Positions 13,794-26,456 are shown, numbered from the whole stretch's first letter. The stretch is 60,577 nucleotides of DNA, filler included, from Jimgerdemannia flammicorona (GCA_003990765.1; 3 parts of 3 records of this genome joined end to end with filler, not necessarily neighbours in it); one strand, 5' to 3'. Program-made: numbers and translations. The notes: generated by a model not told the origin, from the sequence alone.

Positions 13794-15824
13794 ATGTTAA
13801 CCAGCAAGCAAGCAAATGTGTGTACTAGGTTGGGCAGACCTGGGGCCTTCAACTGGCAACATGTCGGGAGAGGGTATGGGCTGGGTATGGGGTCTTTCAG
13901 TGGCTCAAGTGGGCAGGGCAGCTTGGGCAGTAGAGGAGGCACTGGTGGGGGGGCTGGAGGGCTGCAGAGATGGAGCTTTACAGATATGCTGAGGACCAGG
14001 GGTTGGCCGATGGGAGCTCACAGTGGACAGGCAGGTGGGAAGGGGAAGCAGAAGGTTGGGAAGGCTGGGGGAGCTGGGCCTTCGCCAGTGGGAGGTGGAG
14101 GAAGTGGAGTAGCTGCTAGTAGTAGTGGCAGGACTGCTGATGGTAGTATGATGGGGAATTTGGAAAAAAATCCAGATGTGACTGTTGATGCAAAGGCTGG
14201 GCAGATGGGCCTGAAGAGGAAGGGGGACCTGGCCAATAGTGTGGTGGGGCTGGCAGTAGCTCCATTACTCAAGAAATCAATCTCAGAGTTTGCAGTCACC
14301 TTGTACTTCCAGGGCTTGGCAGTGATGGCTAGGATGGTTCTGGGGCTTATTTCAAAGCAGGTGGCTGGGACAGCCTCAGTGAAGTTTCTGAAGGGTCTGG
14401 AAGGGGTTGAGGTGGGCTTTGAGGAGGCAGGCCCGCTGGACAAGGCCCTGAAGACTAGAGTTGTGGTTGGGGAAGTAGTAGTCCCTATGGTGCAGTACTT
14501 GAGGTGGGACCCCAGGGTGGTACAGCTTCTGGTGAGGGGGGTGCCCACAGTGACTAAGGAGGAGACCAGGAGAAGGGTGGAGGAGGTGATGGTGGAGTAT
14601 GGGGATGTGGTGGACATTGGCTTCCAGATGTGGGAGGGGACCACATTCAGGATGGGCAATGTTGATGTCAGGATTCGGCTGGCAGGAAAGGAGGCCACAG
14701 GGAAGATGAGCAACTGGTCCTCAGTGCTGATGTGGGGGGCTTTTATCTGTAAGGTGTTGAGGGTGAAAGGGAGTGAAGAGAAGGAGGAGGACTTGTTGGA
14801 GGCTCTGGAGGAGCTGAGTGGTATGGTGGAGAGGAGGGTGAAAGCCTGAAAGCTGTTTGAAGAGTCGAGGCATCTGGAGGTGGTGGATGGGAAACATATC
14901 CATACTGAGGAGGCAGTGGGAGTGGGCCCAGGGGCACAAGAGGCAGAGAGAGCTTTTGGCAAGTATGAAAGGAGGGGCAAAGAGGAGGGTAGATGGGGTG
15001 GAGGAGTCTGGAGACATCAAAGCCAGCATATAGGCTAGCAAAGGAGGAGAGGAGGTGGTGGCGACTGAGGAAGGGGCTGGGAAGGTACTGGGCAAGGATC
15101 CCAATGCTGATGGTACTTTCGAAGTTTGGGAGGAGGAGTCAGATAGCACTCCCCCCCCACTTGTCAGGAGGGGCCCAGTTGGGAAGAGAGGGGTGGCAGA
15201 GAATGTACTGATGCAGGGGGCCCAGTGAGTTCACTTTGGGGTCTCAGATGTGGTGAAAGGGGGCCAGGTGGTGGTGGTTGGTGAGGATGAGTTGGTGGAT
15301 GTCTCAGAGGAGGAGTGGGATGAGGCCACCAGTGTGGGTGCTGATACTACAATGCTGGATGCAGGGCAGCTGGGGACTTCTGGAGGGAAGGAGGTGGGGA
15401 ACCTGCTGTGGATGAGCAAGGTGATGGATAACCTCACAGCTGAGGCATTGGGAGAAGTAGACCTATGTATAATGCCTGAGGAGCATTGGGCATGGATTCT
15501 GCAAGGAGATGGAGTAGTGGAGGTACTGAAGGTGGAGATTCTTGTGATCTTCCTGAAAGAGGAGGAATATGAGATTGATGAGGTGAGGAAGGCAGAGCTG
15601 GTGGTTGTCGCTGGTGAGCAGGCTGCCTACTGTTGGGCAGAGCATCATGGTTTACAGCTCTGGCTGGAGGCCTGTCTGGAGTATCATGAGGACTTTGAGG
15701 AGAAGTAGATGGAGCAATGGTTGAATTTCTGGGGGGATTAGAGGCACAGGAAGCTGAGAAGAGGGAACTGGCTGCAGAATGTGTCTTAGACTTGGCACAG
15801 GAGGACTTGAATGTGGATTTGTAG
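13794..15824 (+). pseudogene. LINE ORF1 (Gly-rich N-terminus, RRM-like core, acidic C-terminus), interrupted by stops
   Basis: ORF segments 13650..14849 and 15250..15708. Homologous to ORF1 pieces at 41463-43408 and 43762-44281. Confidence 0.85.
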
Positions 15825-15855
15825 AGGATGAGTTTGATTTATACCAGTATTTCTT

Positions 15856-18800
15856 ATGAACAGTACAACTAACATTTTCTCTCTCAATGTGAATAGACTA
15901 TGGGGATCTGGGCAGTATAAGAATATTTTTACTTGGCTCAAGGGATTGGAGGCTGATCTCTTTTTACTGCAGAATGTGTGGTGTGAGAATGAGAATAATA
16001 GGGTGGAGTGGACAAAGGAATGGGGCAGGGCTACTACTTGGTTTGAAAAGGTGGTGATTCTGGTGAAGAAGGGTAGAGGAGATTTGGGGGGAATCAGGAG
16101 CTGGGGGGATCACTTGGTCTGGGGAGAATGGCATCGGCCAGGGTAGGAATTGGTGAGAGTGGGCTCTTGTTACTGTCTGGCAGTTAGGGGAGAGAGGATT
16201 GCTTGGATTAAGGAGCTGCTGGAGGAGAGTATTCTCTTGGAGAAAGGAGTCGATGTTCTTGGTGAGGATTTTAATATGGTTCAAGATCCATGACTAGATA
16301 GAACTGATGGAGGGAGGAATGCAGGTGGGAGGAGTGGTGGGCTGGATGTATGGGAGGAGGTGGAAAATCTTAGCTCCTTAGGGGATATGGGCCATATGCG
16401 GTGGGGCAACACCAGGGTCTACACCCATTGAGTGAATGGGTTAGGCATGAGGATTGACTAGATTTTGACAGCTGAATGTTGGGGTGCTGATGTCTGGAAG
16501 ACTTTAGAGGTGGTGTGGTGCCTGTGGTCTGATCACTGGGGACTGTTTGGGCAGGGGCAGTTTGGGGGGAGTGGAGATGGACCTGGACATTGGCACCTTA
16601 ACTCCTCCCTGCTGGCTGAGAAGGGGTTGTGGGACTTATAGATGGAGGACATCCAGGCAAAGATTCCTATCTGGAGACATGAGGGTCTGTCTGTGGGTAT
16701 CTGTTGGATAAGGTTGAAGGAGGCTGCAAAGGCCTTTTGGGGAGGAGCTGGTAGGGCTGGGAGACAGAGGAGGAAGTGCATACAGTATGCTTCTAATAGG
16801 CTGATGAGATTGTAGATGGAATGGGCTGATTTGCTTATCTCTGATGAGGTGGAGGATTGGAGGTTTAAGTGGGTAAGATTGGAGATAGTGGAACTACAGC
16901 AGGTGTTGAGAGAGGAGGAGAAGACTCATATGTGAGGAATGGCTGCCAGGCTATAGTGGCAGGGGCTTGAGAAGGGAGAGAGGCCTACTAGGTACTTGTC
17001 TAGGCTCTTCAAAGCAAGGAGGGTGCGACATCGGTGAGATGGGGTCTTTAATACCAAGGGAGATTTGGTGCATGGTATGCAACAGATCTTGGGGGTATTG
17101 AAGGAGCAATAGCAGGGTCTGTAGAGTGAGAAAGAAGGGGGTGCTGATGTTGAGGTGATTGGAGATGCACTGGAGGAGTGGGAACTGCCGTGGATAGAGG
17201 GTCTGAGTGACTTGATCTTACCAGTCCAAGAGGAGGAGATCCAAAGGGTCCTTGTGGCTACTAAGCTTGAGACAGCTCCTGGGGAAGATGGGTTACCTTG
17301 GGACTTCTGGAAGAAGATGGCGAAGGTCCCTGGGATGCTAGGAGAGATGGCTGCCCTCTGTGACCATGTTCTTCTATATGGCAAGTGGGTTGGAGAGCAG
17401 GACTTAGGGTTGGTGGCCTTGTTGTATAAAGACAAGAGCAGGTGTGAGGATTGGAAGAATTGGAGGCCAATCATGCTTTTGGATATGGACTAGAAGTTGG
17501 TGACAAAAGTGATTGTTGCAAGGCTACAGAAGGTTGCTCAACAGGTGCTGAGTAAGGAGCAGTGGGGTTTTGTGGGAGGTAGGTTTATCAGAGATGGAAC
17601 TGCCTGGGTGCATGGCATTATTGAAGGGGCTTGAGCCTGTGGGCTGGATAGTAGACTGGTCTTTTTGGACCAGGAGAAGGTCTGCGACCATGTTCAATGA
17701 GTTTGGCTGGGTAAGGTACTAGACAGAATTAGTGTCCCACTGCAGTTTCAGGCCTCTATGTTGAGTTTATTGGAGGGCAGTAGAGCAGTACTGATGTACA
17801 ATGGTCACAGGGGTTTGGTGTTTTCCTTGGGGAGAGGAGTTCCTCAAGGAGACCCGCTGTCCCCTATTCTATATGCCCTTTCACTGGAACCTTTGATAGA
17901 TAAGATTCATTGGAAGGTGGCTGGACTCTCTGTATATGATGTGGTGTGGAAGGTGGGGGCCTTTGCTGATGATATGGTTGTTGGTCTTGGATCAGTGGAG
18001 GATGTCGAGGCACTTACAGACATAGTGGAATGGTATGAGGCACACTCTGGGGCAAAACTCAACTGGTGTAAGTGTGAGACATTGGTGTTGGGGAATGAGT
18101 TAGTGGGAGGGGACATCATTGGAACAATTGTCTCCACAGGAGAGGTGGTGCAGTATCTTAGTATCTTCCTTTCTATATATGGATCAGTCTTGTCACAGGT
18201 GTGGTGGGAGAGGAAGGTGGTCATTTGGGGGGAGGCTCTGAGAGGTTGGGGGGGTCATCACATCTCCCAGGTGGGGTGGGTGTCAATTCTGAATATGTAC
18301 TGATTCCCCAAGCTGTGGTATGTGGCATATCACTTGGACTTTCCAGCCTGAGTGGTGAAGAGGCTGATGAAGCTGGCTTGGGATTGGATTTGGGCAGGAA
18401 GAAGGTTGCAGATTAGTTGGGATACCCTTGTGGAGCTGGTGGTTAGGGGAGGTCTAGGTCTTGTGGATTTCCCTAGGAGGCTACACTGTCTGCGAGCTTG
18501 GTGGTTGAAAAGAGCAGTTGAACTACAAGGAGGAGGTTGGGTTCTGCTGATGCAGAAGGTGTGGGAGATGAGATTCTCACCCCAGGGGTCCTCAGGAGAC
18601 TTGCTCTCTCTGGTGGGGCTGAATGGAAGTCGACAGTTATGGTATAAGGGCTTCTGGTGGGGGGTGGTGGATGGAGCACACCAGATAGGCCTGCACTGGT
18701 GAGGTAATGAGGGGGAGGAGGTGTGGGGCCCTGCTATATGGCAATGGGACAGACTGTTGCTAGGGATGGTTCCACTTGCTGAGTTTGATATTGGTGATGG

Positions 18801-19540
18801 AGTGGAGTATCAGTGGAGACTTGGCCAGAATCTTTGGCCAAGTAGTTGGCAGGCAGTAGAGATTGGTGAGGAGTGGGATGGGGCAGGTATCTGGGCCTGG
18901 AGTGCTGAGGTGTAGTGGTGGCTTCCTCCCAAGTTCTGGATAGTATGGTGGTGAATGCTGTAAAGGAATGTTATATTGAATTTCTATACTGGGTATCTAG
19001 TAGATGGTGGCCAATTGGATTGTGAGGAGTGTTATAATGTAGGGCAAGCTGGGGGTTTTGTGCAGATGCTGGAACATTGGCTGGGAGAGTGTGAGGTGTT
19101 GGGGGACTTTTGGGTAGCTATAGGGAATAGGCTGGGTGTAGCTAGGAGGCTGGATGGTAAGTGAGGTCATTGGGAGAATTTGAAAGCTAGACTAGTGAGA
19201 GGTGTTGGCAATGGGTGACTCACTGTAGGGTGGGTGATTGCAGTGTGGGTAGGGTTGGCTGGACATTGGCTATTTGTTTTTGAGGAAGGGCAATAGACAG
19301 AGATATAGGAGAAGTTGGTGAGATGAGAGAAGTTGATGGGTGATCTTCTTACTAGGTGGTGGGTTGGTTGGGGTCCCCAGGGTAGGTGACATCACTATCT
19401 GGTAGAAGGGATCTGTAGCCAGAGTGGTAAGAGGGTGGAGATGGTAGTTGATAAAGTGGTCTTCCATCGAGAGAGGGTGGGGGGGGGGGGGGGGGCCGGG
19501 GGGGCCCTAGGGGGATAGGGTAGGGGTGGGGCACTGTGTA
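15856..19540 (+). pseudogene. LINE ORF2 (APE endonuclease, RT, C-terminal Cys/His motif), interrupted by stops
   Basis: Endonuclease motifs FSLNVNRL, LFLLQN, EDFN, SDH. RT motifs APGEDGLP, NWRPIMLLD, GVPQGDPLSPILY, FADD, GGLGL. C-terminal CEEC...EHWLGEC. Confidence 0.93.
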
Positions 19541-20127
19541 GTTTATAGAGGATAAATAGGTATTAATAAAGGATGGAGTCTAAGTGACTATAAAAAAAAA
19601 ACCATTCCAATAAGGAAATCAATACCCAAATTGACTACTATGCAACCAGAAGAACTACCATTATATCTAGATTGACTATTATACCACTAAACACTAACAA
19701 GGACCTCAGGAATCTTAAAACATTTTGTTGCTTTTTGACAAAGTAACTGGGGGCTCAAGCCAAACTACATCAACTCCAATCTTGTAATTTGCCTCCATTG
19801 AGTCAGGCATATTACATTTGGGGGCTCAACTGAGAAGATTTCAAAATCAATATGACTTTTCAGCTCTCAAGAACCTATAGTCAAACTGGATACATTTGAT
19901 ATAACACCAATCTCTTCCACTACAGGAGAACCAGTTATCACTAGCATCTAGATAAGAAGAGAAGTAATCACATTAAGACTTGCTAACTATCCAGCATCAG
20001 AAGGTTCCCAATCAGAATCAGAAGCCAGTACAGCCTGAAATCCCCAATCAGATCAACCTGACAACACAGGTGGCCCTGTTGGAGATTTTGAAGAACTTGC
20101 ATAAGAACTTTTTTTTTTTTTTTTTTT

Positions 20128-20227
20128 NNNNNNNNNNNNNNNNNNNNNNNNNNNNNNNNNNNNNNNNNNNNTTAATTAATTAANNNNNNNNNNNNNNNNN
20201 NNNNNNNNNNNNNNNNNNNNNNNNNNN
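20128..20227. other. Artificial contig-joining spacer
   Basis: N44 + TTAATTAATTAA (stops in all six frames) + N44. Confidence 0.97.
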
Positions 20228-21059
20228 AAAAAAAAAAAAAAAAAAAAAAAATGCGATAGTCGACCTAATTATGTATAAATCACAATTGCATTTAGACAGT
20301 CACCATCCCAAAGAACCGAGATCTCCGTCTTAATGGGCACCAGTGGTACGGGGTTCGGCTAACGAAACCGCGCCGGCGCTTGGGGAGACGGGCCTAGATT
20401 GGTCGGCATGCAAATTATTACGTTTCCGACGTCCCGGAAATCTCCAGACCACCCTCCAATCCAAAGCAAACTATGAGGCACGTGGAGATTCCAGTGGCTA
20501 AAGACCCCAAATGGTGACTGTTCTTACCGCACTATAAACACAGCAATATCCGAGACGTCGGCCGAACTGACTGACGTCCGCACGTTCGGCGCGTGCCTAA
20601 AAATGGTGGTCGTTCAGGGTGATGACCAAGTTTCCAAGCCCAGTTTGTAATATACATAGTTGAAAATGGAGCCCGATCGACAATCGGAGCTTGCCGTAAT
20701 AATGACCCCACGTGAGGCGCTCCGATCCAGATTATCAATGCAGCGAAAATCAGTTCATCCCGCCTATTCTTGATTTAGTTGGTTACCAGGTATATATTAT
20801 ACAAGCTCAGTTACTACGCAGCCGATTTACAAAAACACGTATTATGTGACACCTGTGCCCAAAAACGTTGTACCTATATTTGTTTAGTGTATATACGGAC
20901 ACAGACGAGACCCTTGCCTCAACCCACCCCTAGGCTCGCCGCCACACACAACTGCTCCCACCACAGAGTCATGTTTTCCGTCCACCTCAGACGTGTTGCT
21001 CCATAGCCACCATCAGCACAACCGTTCCAGTCCCGCATCAAGATGCGTCCTCGCACGTC

Positions 21060-22440
21060 TGCCAGCATCCCGTGACACCTTTCCTTCCCCAGCCTGCAGC
21101 CTACGGACGTTCGACCTCAGGACCTCGTGTTGTCGCAAGTTTCCATTTGCTAATGACACGCTGGAATCGGGCGAGGAGTTGGAAATGATTGGAGGGGGAG
21201 AAGGGGTTACGCTGGCGATATGGGTATCCCGGTTTTGAGACCCCGAAGAGCGCTGTGGGAACCAGAACCTCGTGAGCGAGCCAGCAAAGGTGGAGGCGGT
21301 GGAGGGAGGGAGGGCAGAGAAGAAGGTTGAGGAATGGGAGGTTATGGTGGTATGTATCGTGTGGCATATATTGATGTTACTATGTGTTGGGTGAGATGGC
21401 GGGAAACGATCTCATGGCTATTATATTCTTATCAATATCCCTATGCCATTCAATCACGCATGCTCATGTGCAAGATAATTCACAAGGTCGACTACTGCAA
21501 TGACACCGTCATCGGCCTTACGGAGACACTCAACGTTCCTGTCACCAACAAGACTGTCGTCACGTACTGGGAGTGCGAGGTGGGTTTCGCTGACTTCAGG
21601 AGTTGGGGGTTTGTAGGCGTGTCGTGGTGTGTGTGGTCCCGAGACTCAGCATTATTATTTTCCCTCCCCTTCTCGATGACCGATTCTGCTTCTTCCTGAA
21701 ACTTCTGTTATAATCGCATTATCTTTAATTCCCTGCCATGCTGCAGATAGTCAACTCTGTCAAAAACGTCCTGTGGACCAACATCTGGGAGGCAGATAGA
21801 GAGACGGACATGAAGCACTGGAGGCTACTCGAACCTTGCGTGGGGATGAATAATCAACGATGAGTTATGAATGAGTTGGGGTGGGATGGTTTCCATGAGG
21901 TAGTAGTAGAATACTGAGGTGTTTTCCATGCAAGTGTGCAATATTATTCTCTCATTTCCGAATTCTGTGTCACGAACCAGCCTTATGTGCGTGAGAACTA
22001 CATCCTCATGCAGTGGAAAGTTGATCTTTTTTTTTTTTTTTTTGGAGGGTGGGGGAACGGAAGAGTGAGCCTGACTCTTCGGAATGTGCTGGGTTCTACT
22101 ACGTCTGCATGCGGCAGAGCAACAGTGCTCTGGAAGGTTGTTCTTGTCGGATGCTCGCTTGACTCTTCTAACCCACACCCATGACGCAGGTTACTATACA
22201 GCGACGTGGATGAAGACGGGTTTGCCGTTTCTGGTGGTGGATGGCTGCGTTGGAGTGAGGTGAAATGAAAGTGTTTGGGTGGAATGGTTTGTAATCATGT
22301 ACCAGAGAATGGGTAGGAGAAGAGCAATCAGCCGTCATATGCGACCATATCGCCCTTCATCTTTTCGAGATATGAGAGGTAAAGAACCCATACCCCTTTT
22401 AACCGACACTCATCTTCCAACATCTATATTCAAATAAGCT
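21060..22440 (+). CDS. GID4/Vid24-family (vacuolar import and degradation) gene, spliced; divergent or pseudogenised; ends uncertain
   Basis: Exons 21487-21579 (VDYCNDTVIGLTETLNVPVTNKTVVTYWECE), 21747-~21839 (IVNSVKNVLWTNIWEADRETDMKHWRLLEP) and ~21981-22019 (YVRENYILMQWK), with AG/GT borders. These match the family pattern TFWEGEI...W.A...D..HW...YI.MRWK as I recall it. Confidence 0.72.
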
Positions 22441-23076
22441 CTGTGGTTCGAGAGATCTGTACCATGCTATGTTTTTCAATAAAATGTCCAGCATTGCCGT
22501 CGACATTGCGGAACTCGTTACGTTTCTTGCCAAATAAATCAAGTTGGAATCATTTGCCGAAGTCGGCGCACTGCCATGCTTGGGACTCAAACGCCCCGCT
22601 TCGTGCTAGCTCGTCCGCGAGGCAAGCCTATCTCCCATCTTCAGCCTCTGCGCCTCTCCATCATGTTCGATCTCCGTCACAATGACCTGAGGACCGCCCT
22701 TGTGCAATATACGATCATGACAGCCTGCGGTGAGCGCTGGTCAAAGAGAAGCGCACGGCGCGCGGCGCGCGTCGCGCATTATTTGGGAGGAACAAAGTAC
22801 CCCAGCTGAAGGGCTGATGTTCTGGCTGGGGGTAGTGAAGCTAGAACTCGAAGAGGTGATGAAGGCTGATGGCGTCCGTGACGTACAGATGTTGGCAATC
22901 TCGCCTCCAATGTTTATATTGATGTTGGCTCCCGATTCTCTTCCGAAATCATTCATTATAATTTTTTTTTTTTTTTATCTTCTCCAACAAAGTGTCGAAA
23001 TTCTGGGGATAATTAACTATTCTTATTCAAAATCATTTCGCGGGAAAACGCATGTATACCATTTCGCTAGACATAG

Positions 23077-24293
23077 TGTAACGTGCCGGCTCAATGGAGG
23101 CAAATTACAAGGTTGGGGGTGCTATGTAGTTGGCTTGAGCCCCCAGTTACTTTGTCAAAAGCAACAAAATGTTCTATAATTCCTGATGTTGGTGTTTAGC
23201 GGTATAATAGTCAAATCTGGATACAGCGGTCGATTGCCTTATTGGGACGGGTTCTTGGGAATGGCGGCGATTTGTGTAGCGCGGGCGGTCTGGCAATTTA
23301 ATGGCTTTCCTCTTGGGTGGCGGCGATTTCTCTGTGTAGCGCGAGCGGTTCCTTATGCGATTTCTGCTTGACGATCTTGTGTAGCGTGACGATCTCCAAA
23401 AGTATGTGACGATCTTGTTTCCAAAAGTATGCGATTTCTGGCGTGACGATCTTGGTGATCTGGCGTTGCGGCGAATTTGGCGGGATTCCTTATTAAGCGG
23501 GTTGGCGGATTCGGAGGATAACTCGGTTTGGCGGATAACTCGATTTGGCGGAGAACTCGGCTAAGCGGATAACTCGGTTGGCGCGGATTCTTCCTGAATC
23601 GGCGGACTTCTCTTGAAAAATAACTCGAATAGCTCGGATGGCGCGGATTCTTCTTGAATCGGCGGGCTTCTCAAATGGTGGCGGAGTTCTTGAGCAAAGT
23701 TACGTCAAAGACTGGCTTCGTTTGCGCGAGGTTGCGTCGAGGGACTGGCTTCCCTGCGAAGTTGCGTCAAGTAGACTGGCTTTGTGGCAAGATGGCGGAC
23801 TTCTCTTGATATGGCGGCTTTTCCTTAAGCGGCGGGCTTCTCTTCAATGGCAAAGTTCTTCACTCGAACTTGGCGGATTTCTCAGGCTTTGTATCGGAAA
23901 GTGGACCGGGTGGAAAAGGAAGCTCACAATCTTCTTGGCAGTGGCTCATTGGCAGGTTTCTCCTCCTAAGTGTACCAGACAATTGGCTTTTGCTTTTGAT
24001 TTCAGACTGAGGTTTATTCACTCTTGTCTCTGGGGTATTTTATACAAGTTGGTTGCTATCTGGTTGCTATGTGGCTAACTATAGAATGTGCTGTAATGCT
24101 ATTTAGGGAAGGGAGTGACCAGGTGTGTCCACTGAGTACAGGTATGTCCAGTGGGCACAGGTGTGTCCTTAGGACACAGATCAACAAACCTGATTTGGTA
24201 TCTTGGCTAATTATAAGTAGTGGCGCATGTGGGTAACTATGCTATGCTGAGTGTTCACGTCATCTGGCTATACTATGTTATTCGCTTGTTACA
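23077..24293 (-). mobile_element. Solo LTR related to Gypsy family 3, with 4-bp TSD ATAG
   Basis: TGTAAC...GTTACA termini; ATAG at 23073-23076 and 24294-24297. The left end is the reverse complement of the LTR ends at 19720-19816 and 46365-46463. Internal repeats ggcggataactcgg. Confidence 0.92.
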
Positions 24294-24905
24294 ATAGCCT
24301 GAAAGCTTTTGATGATTGACAACAACTGGTGCCATTAGAGCATGCTCTACTTCATCTCTAATCATTGGCGAATTCGACATATGGAAGAGCTTCAATTGAT
24401 GCTTCTCATGGTGCTGATGAGGTCGAAGCCAGGCTGGTTTAGTAACCACCATTGACATACCTATATTTAAGAGCTATTATTTGCATTTAATTAAATATAT
24501 ATACTATAATAATATTTTATTATATTTAATTAAATTAAATAAGTTAAATTTGAGTTTTTAATTTAAAAATAATTTATATTAACCATACTTTAATTTATTT
24601 AAAATTTATATTATAATTTAAATAAACTATAATATATTAAATTAAGATTATCTATTATAGAGTTATAATTAAAAAGTCTATTATTTTACTTTATTTTATT
24701 TTTTTAAATAAAGCTTAAACTCTATTTTTATATAATTAGAGTAAGCTCTAATTTGATTTAAATAGCTTAATTTCAAAATATAATTTATTTGAAAATATGA
24801 CATTGTTTACTATTTATATTATAGTAATAGATAAGTTATTTTTCAGAATACTAGTAATATAGCTACATTAGATAATAGTTTAGAAGAAAATAAATTAATA
24901 AGTAA

Positions 24906-26456
24906 TGTCATGTAGTGGTCGCTGAGTCCTTCAAATATGTCAGATTCTCTTCAAGGTATATCTCTTAGACTAACTCAAGTTTGTTATAAGCATGTTCTTA
25001 TTGAAGTGTCTTCCCAAGGTCTTATAGTCCTCAAACTTCTTATCTTTAACTATCTTATTATCTCTTAGATGGCTTGCATAGAATTGAGAGTAAGTGAACT
25101 GAAACTGACTTTATTTTAGAGGAAATAAGAGGAGTATTTATACAAAATATAATTCAATGGTTACTAAGATATAAAGCTAAATATAAATTCCAATAACTAA
25201 AATAAAATACCAGGACAGGAAAAACTGTGAAGTTTCAGAGTTGGCACTAATGGTTGTACAGGTTCAGAATGCTGATATAATTCAGTGTTATATCAAAATA
25301 CTGGTGCTGGCATTACTCAGTATTATATCAAAATGCCAGTGCTGGCATTACTCAGTATTATATCAAGAGACTTAGAGCAGAATGTTCAAGACCATAGGGG
25401 CTTTATCATCAGAGGTCAGGATGTCTTTGAAGGAGATGAGGTCCACAAATTCGTCATCATCACATAGGTCACACATTTTGTATACTTCGCATACTTCATC
25501 ATATGTCTCACATATGTCATGTGGGATGACATCATTGCCAATGCCATCATCATGTTCGGTAGCAGGGAAATCGGGGGCTCTCCAATCTATGAGGTTCTCT
25601 TCCACAAAATAGGGGACAAATGTAGGGTCTTGGGGGAGTCTAATCTGGATACTTGGGCCTTGGAATACTGAGATCAATCCTTGCAGAAATTGGTCTGGAT
25701 TGTCCTGAAGGATGGGATGCCAGAAGTATTCTACTTCATCACTATTGAGGGTGATAGTGGACTGGGCTTCTATAGCTACTCTGGCTTCTAGTGCATTGAT
25801 ACAGCAGAATGACAGGTCTCTGAAATCTGAGACTCTAACATACTCTAAGTTGGGGATCAACCATGGTGCATGCCTGAAGATCTGATGAATCTTCTTAGCT
25901 ATCCTTGTCTTACGTATATCCATGGGAGTGGTATCTTGTAGCTCTTGGGGGCTGGTCTGTGGGAACTCCTAGCAAAAGAGGTTTCCTATTTCATACTCCT
26001 GCCATATTTGGAGACATTCAGTAGCAATGGTGATCCTTGTTTCCATTTCATGGTGGTAGAGAATATAATGATAAGGGTCACCAGTATCCAGGTTAATACT
26101 AGGAGTCCTTCTTGAGTAAGTCCTCATGGCTCTTCTAATGTCTTGGAACATCCTTTCTTTGACTGAGATGCCTTGGTGATTCCTTGATCTTGAGGTTTGG
26201 TGAGCAGTAGACATTTCATTTGTGGTAAGTCTTTGAGCTATTTTGGGATTAGTAGGTCTTGTTGGTTGCTGCTACTGTAGTTCCTTGATCCTTCTTTTAT
26301 ATTCCTCAAGATACTCATACTATGGTCACAATGACTCACAGTTGGTCATCATCACTCATCTCATATACTATATGATCTTCTTGTGCTCTGATCTAGTGGC
26401 TTACAAGAAAAGACTGTCTCCTGTGCTGATGTCATCACTCTGGGGTCACCATTACA
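24906..26456 (-). repeat. 3' LTR of Gypsy family 2 (1551 bp)
   Basis: Direct repeat of 32154-33669 with one extra 35-bp tandem unit near 25290-25360. Confidence 0.96.
25372..26214 (-). pseudogene. LTR-embedded 280-codon ORF of unknown function (3' LTR copy; one premature TAG at 25969-25971)
   Basis: ORFs 25969..26214 and 25372..25923 are in one frame. The stop codon is CAG in the other LTR. Confidence 0.9.

Larger units (their letters stand above)
13712..19599 (+). mobile_element. Full-length L1/Tx1-like LINE with ~17-bp TSD
   Basis: TSD aaccatcccaataagga (13695-13711) / aaccattccaataagga (19600-19616). Contains ORF1, ORF2, AATAAA at ~19565 and a short poly(A). Confidence 0.95.
12618..19816 (+). 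repeat. 5' LTR of a Gypsy family-3 element, split by a LINE insertion (12618-13711 and 19600-19816)
   Basis: Starts TGTGACAAG and ends ...ATTACA. Collinear with the uninterrupted LTR at 45292-46463. Followed by PBS TGGGGGCTCAACTGAGA (~19819-19835) and leader sequence to ~20108. Confidence 0.9.

Noticed and set aside
14018..14980. 320-aa minus-strand ORF and similar S/P/T-rich ORFs (18..440, 41433..42065, 42072..42545)
   Set aside because: Antisense shadows of G-rich LINE coding sequence.
20172..20183. TTAATTAATTAA palindrome inside the N runs (also ~40398-40409)
   Set aside because: Artificial six-frame stop linker, not biological.
20340..20620. GC-rich segments with short inverted repeats that might be an ncRNA
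   Set aside because: No recognisable tRNA, rRNA or snRNA motifs; not supportable without a covariance-model search.
22399..22956. CpG-rich stretch with several short overlapping ORFs
   Set aside because: Could be a gene fragment, but I could not support any product or exon structure.
23380..23700. Short direct repeats resembling a CRISPR or iteron array
   Set aside because: No unique spacers of constant length; these are internal tandem repeats of a solo LTR.
23638..24078. 146-aa ORF in the solo LTR
   Set aside because: Antisense to the element, overlaps the repeats, has no recognisable motif and is unrelated to the family-1/2 LTR ORF.
25372..26214. Possibility that the LTR ORF is an env gene
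   Set aside because: No evident signal peptide or transmembrane segment, and it lies inside the LTR rather than between pol and the PPT.
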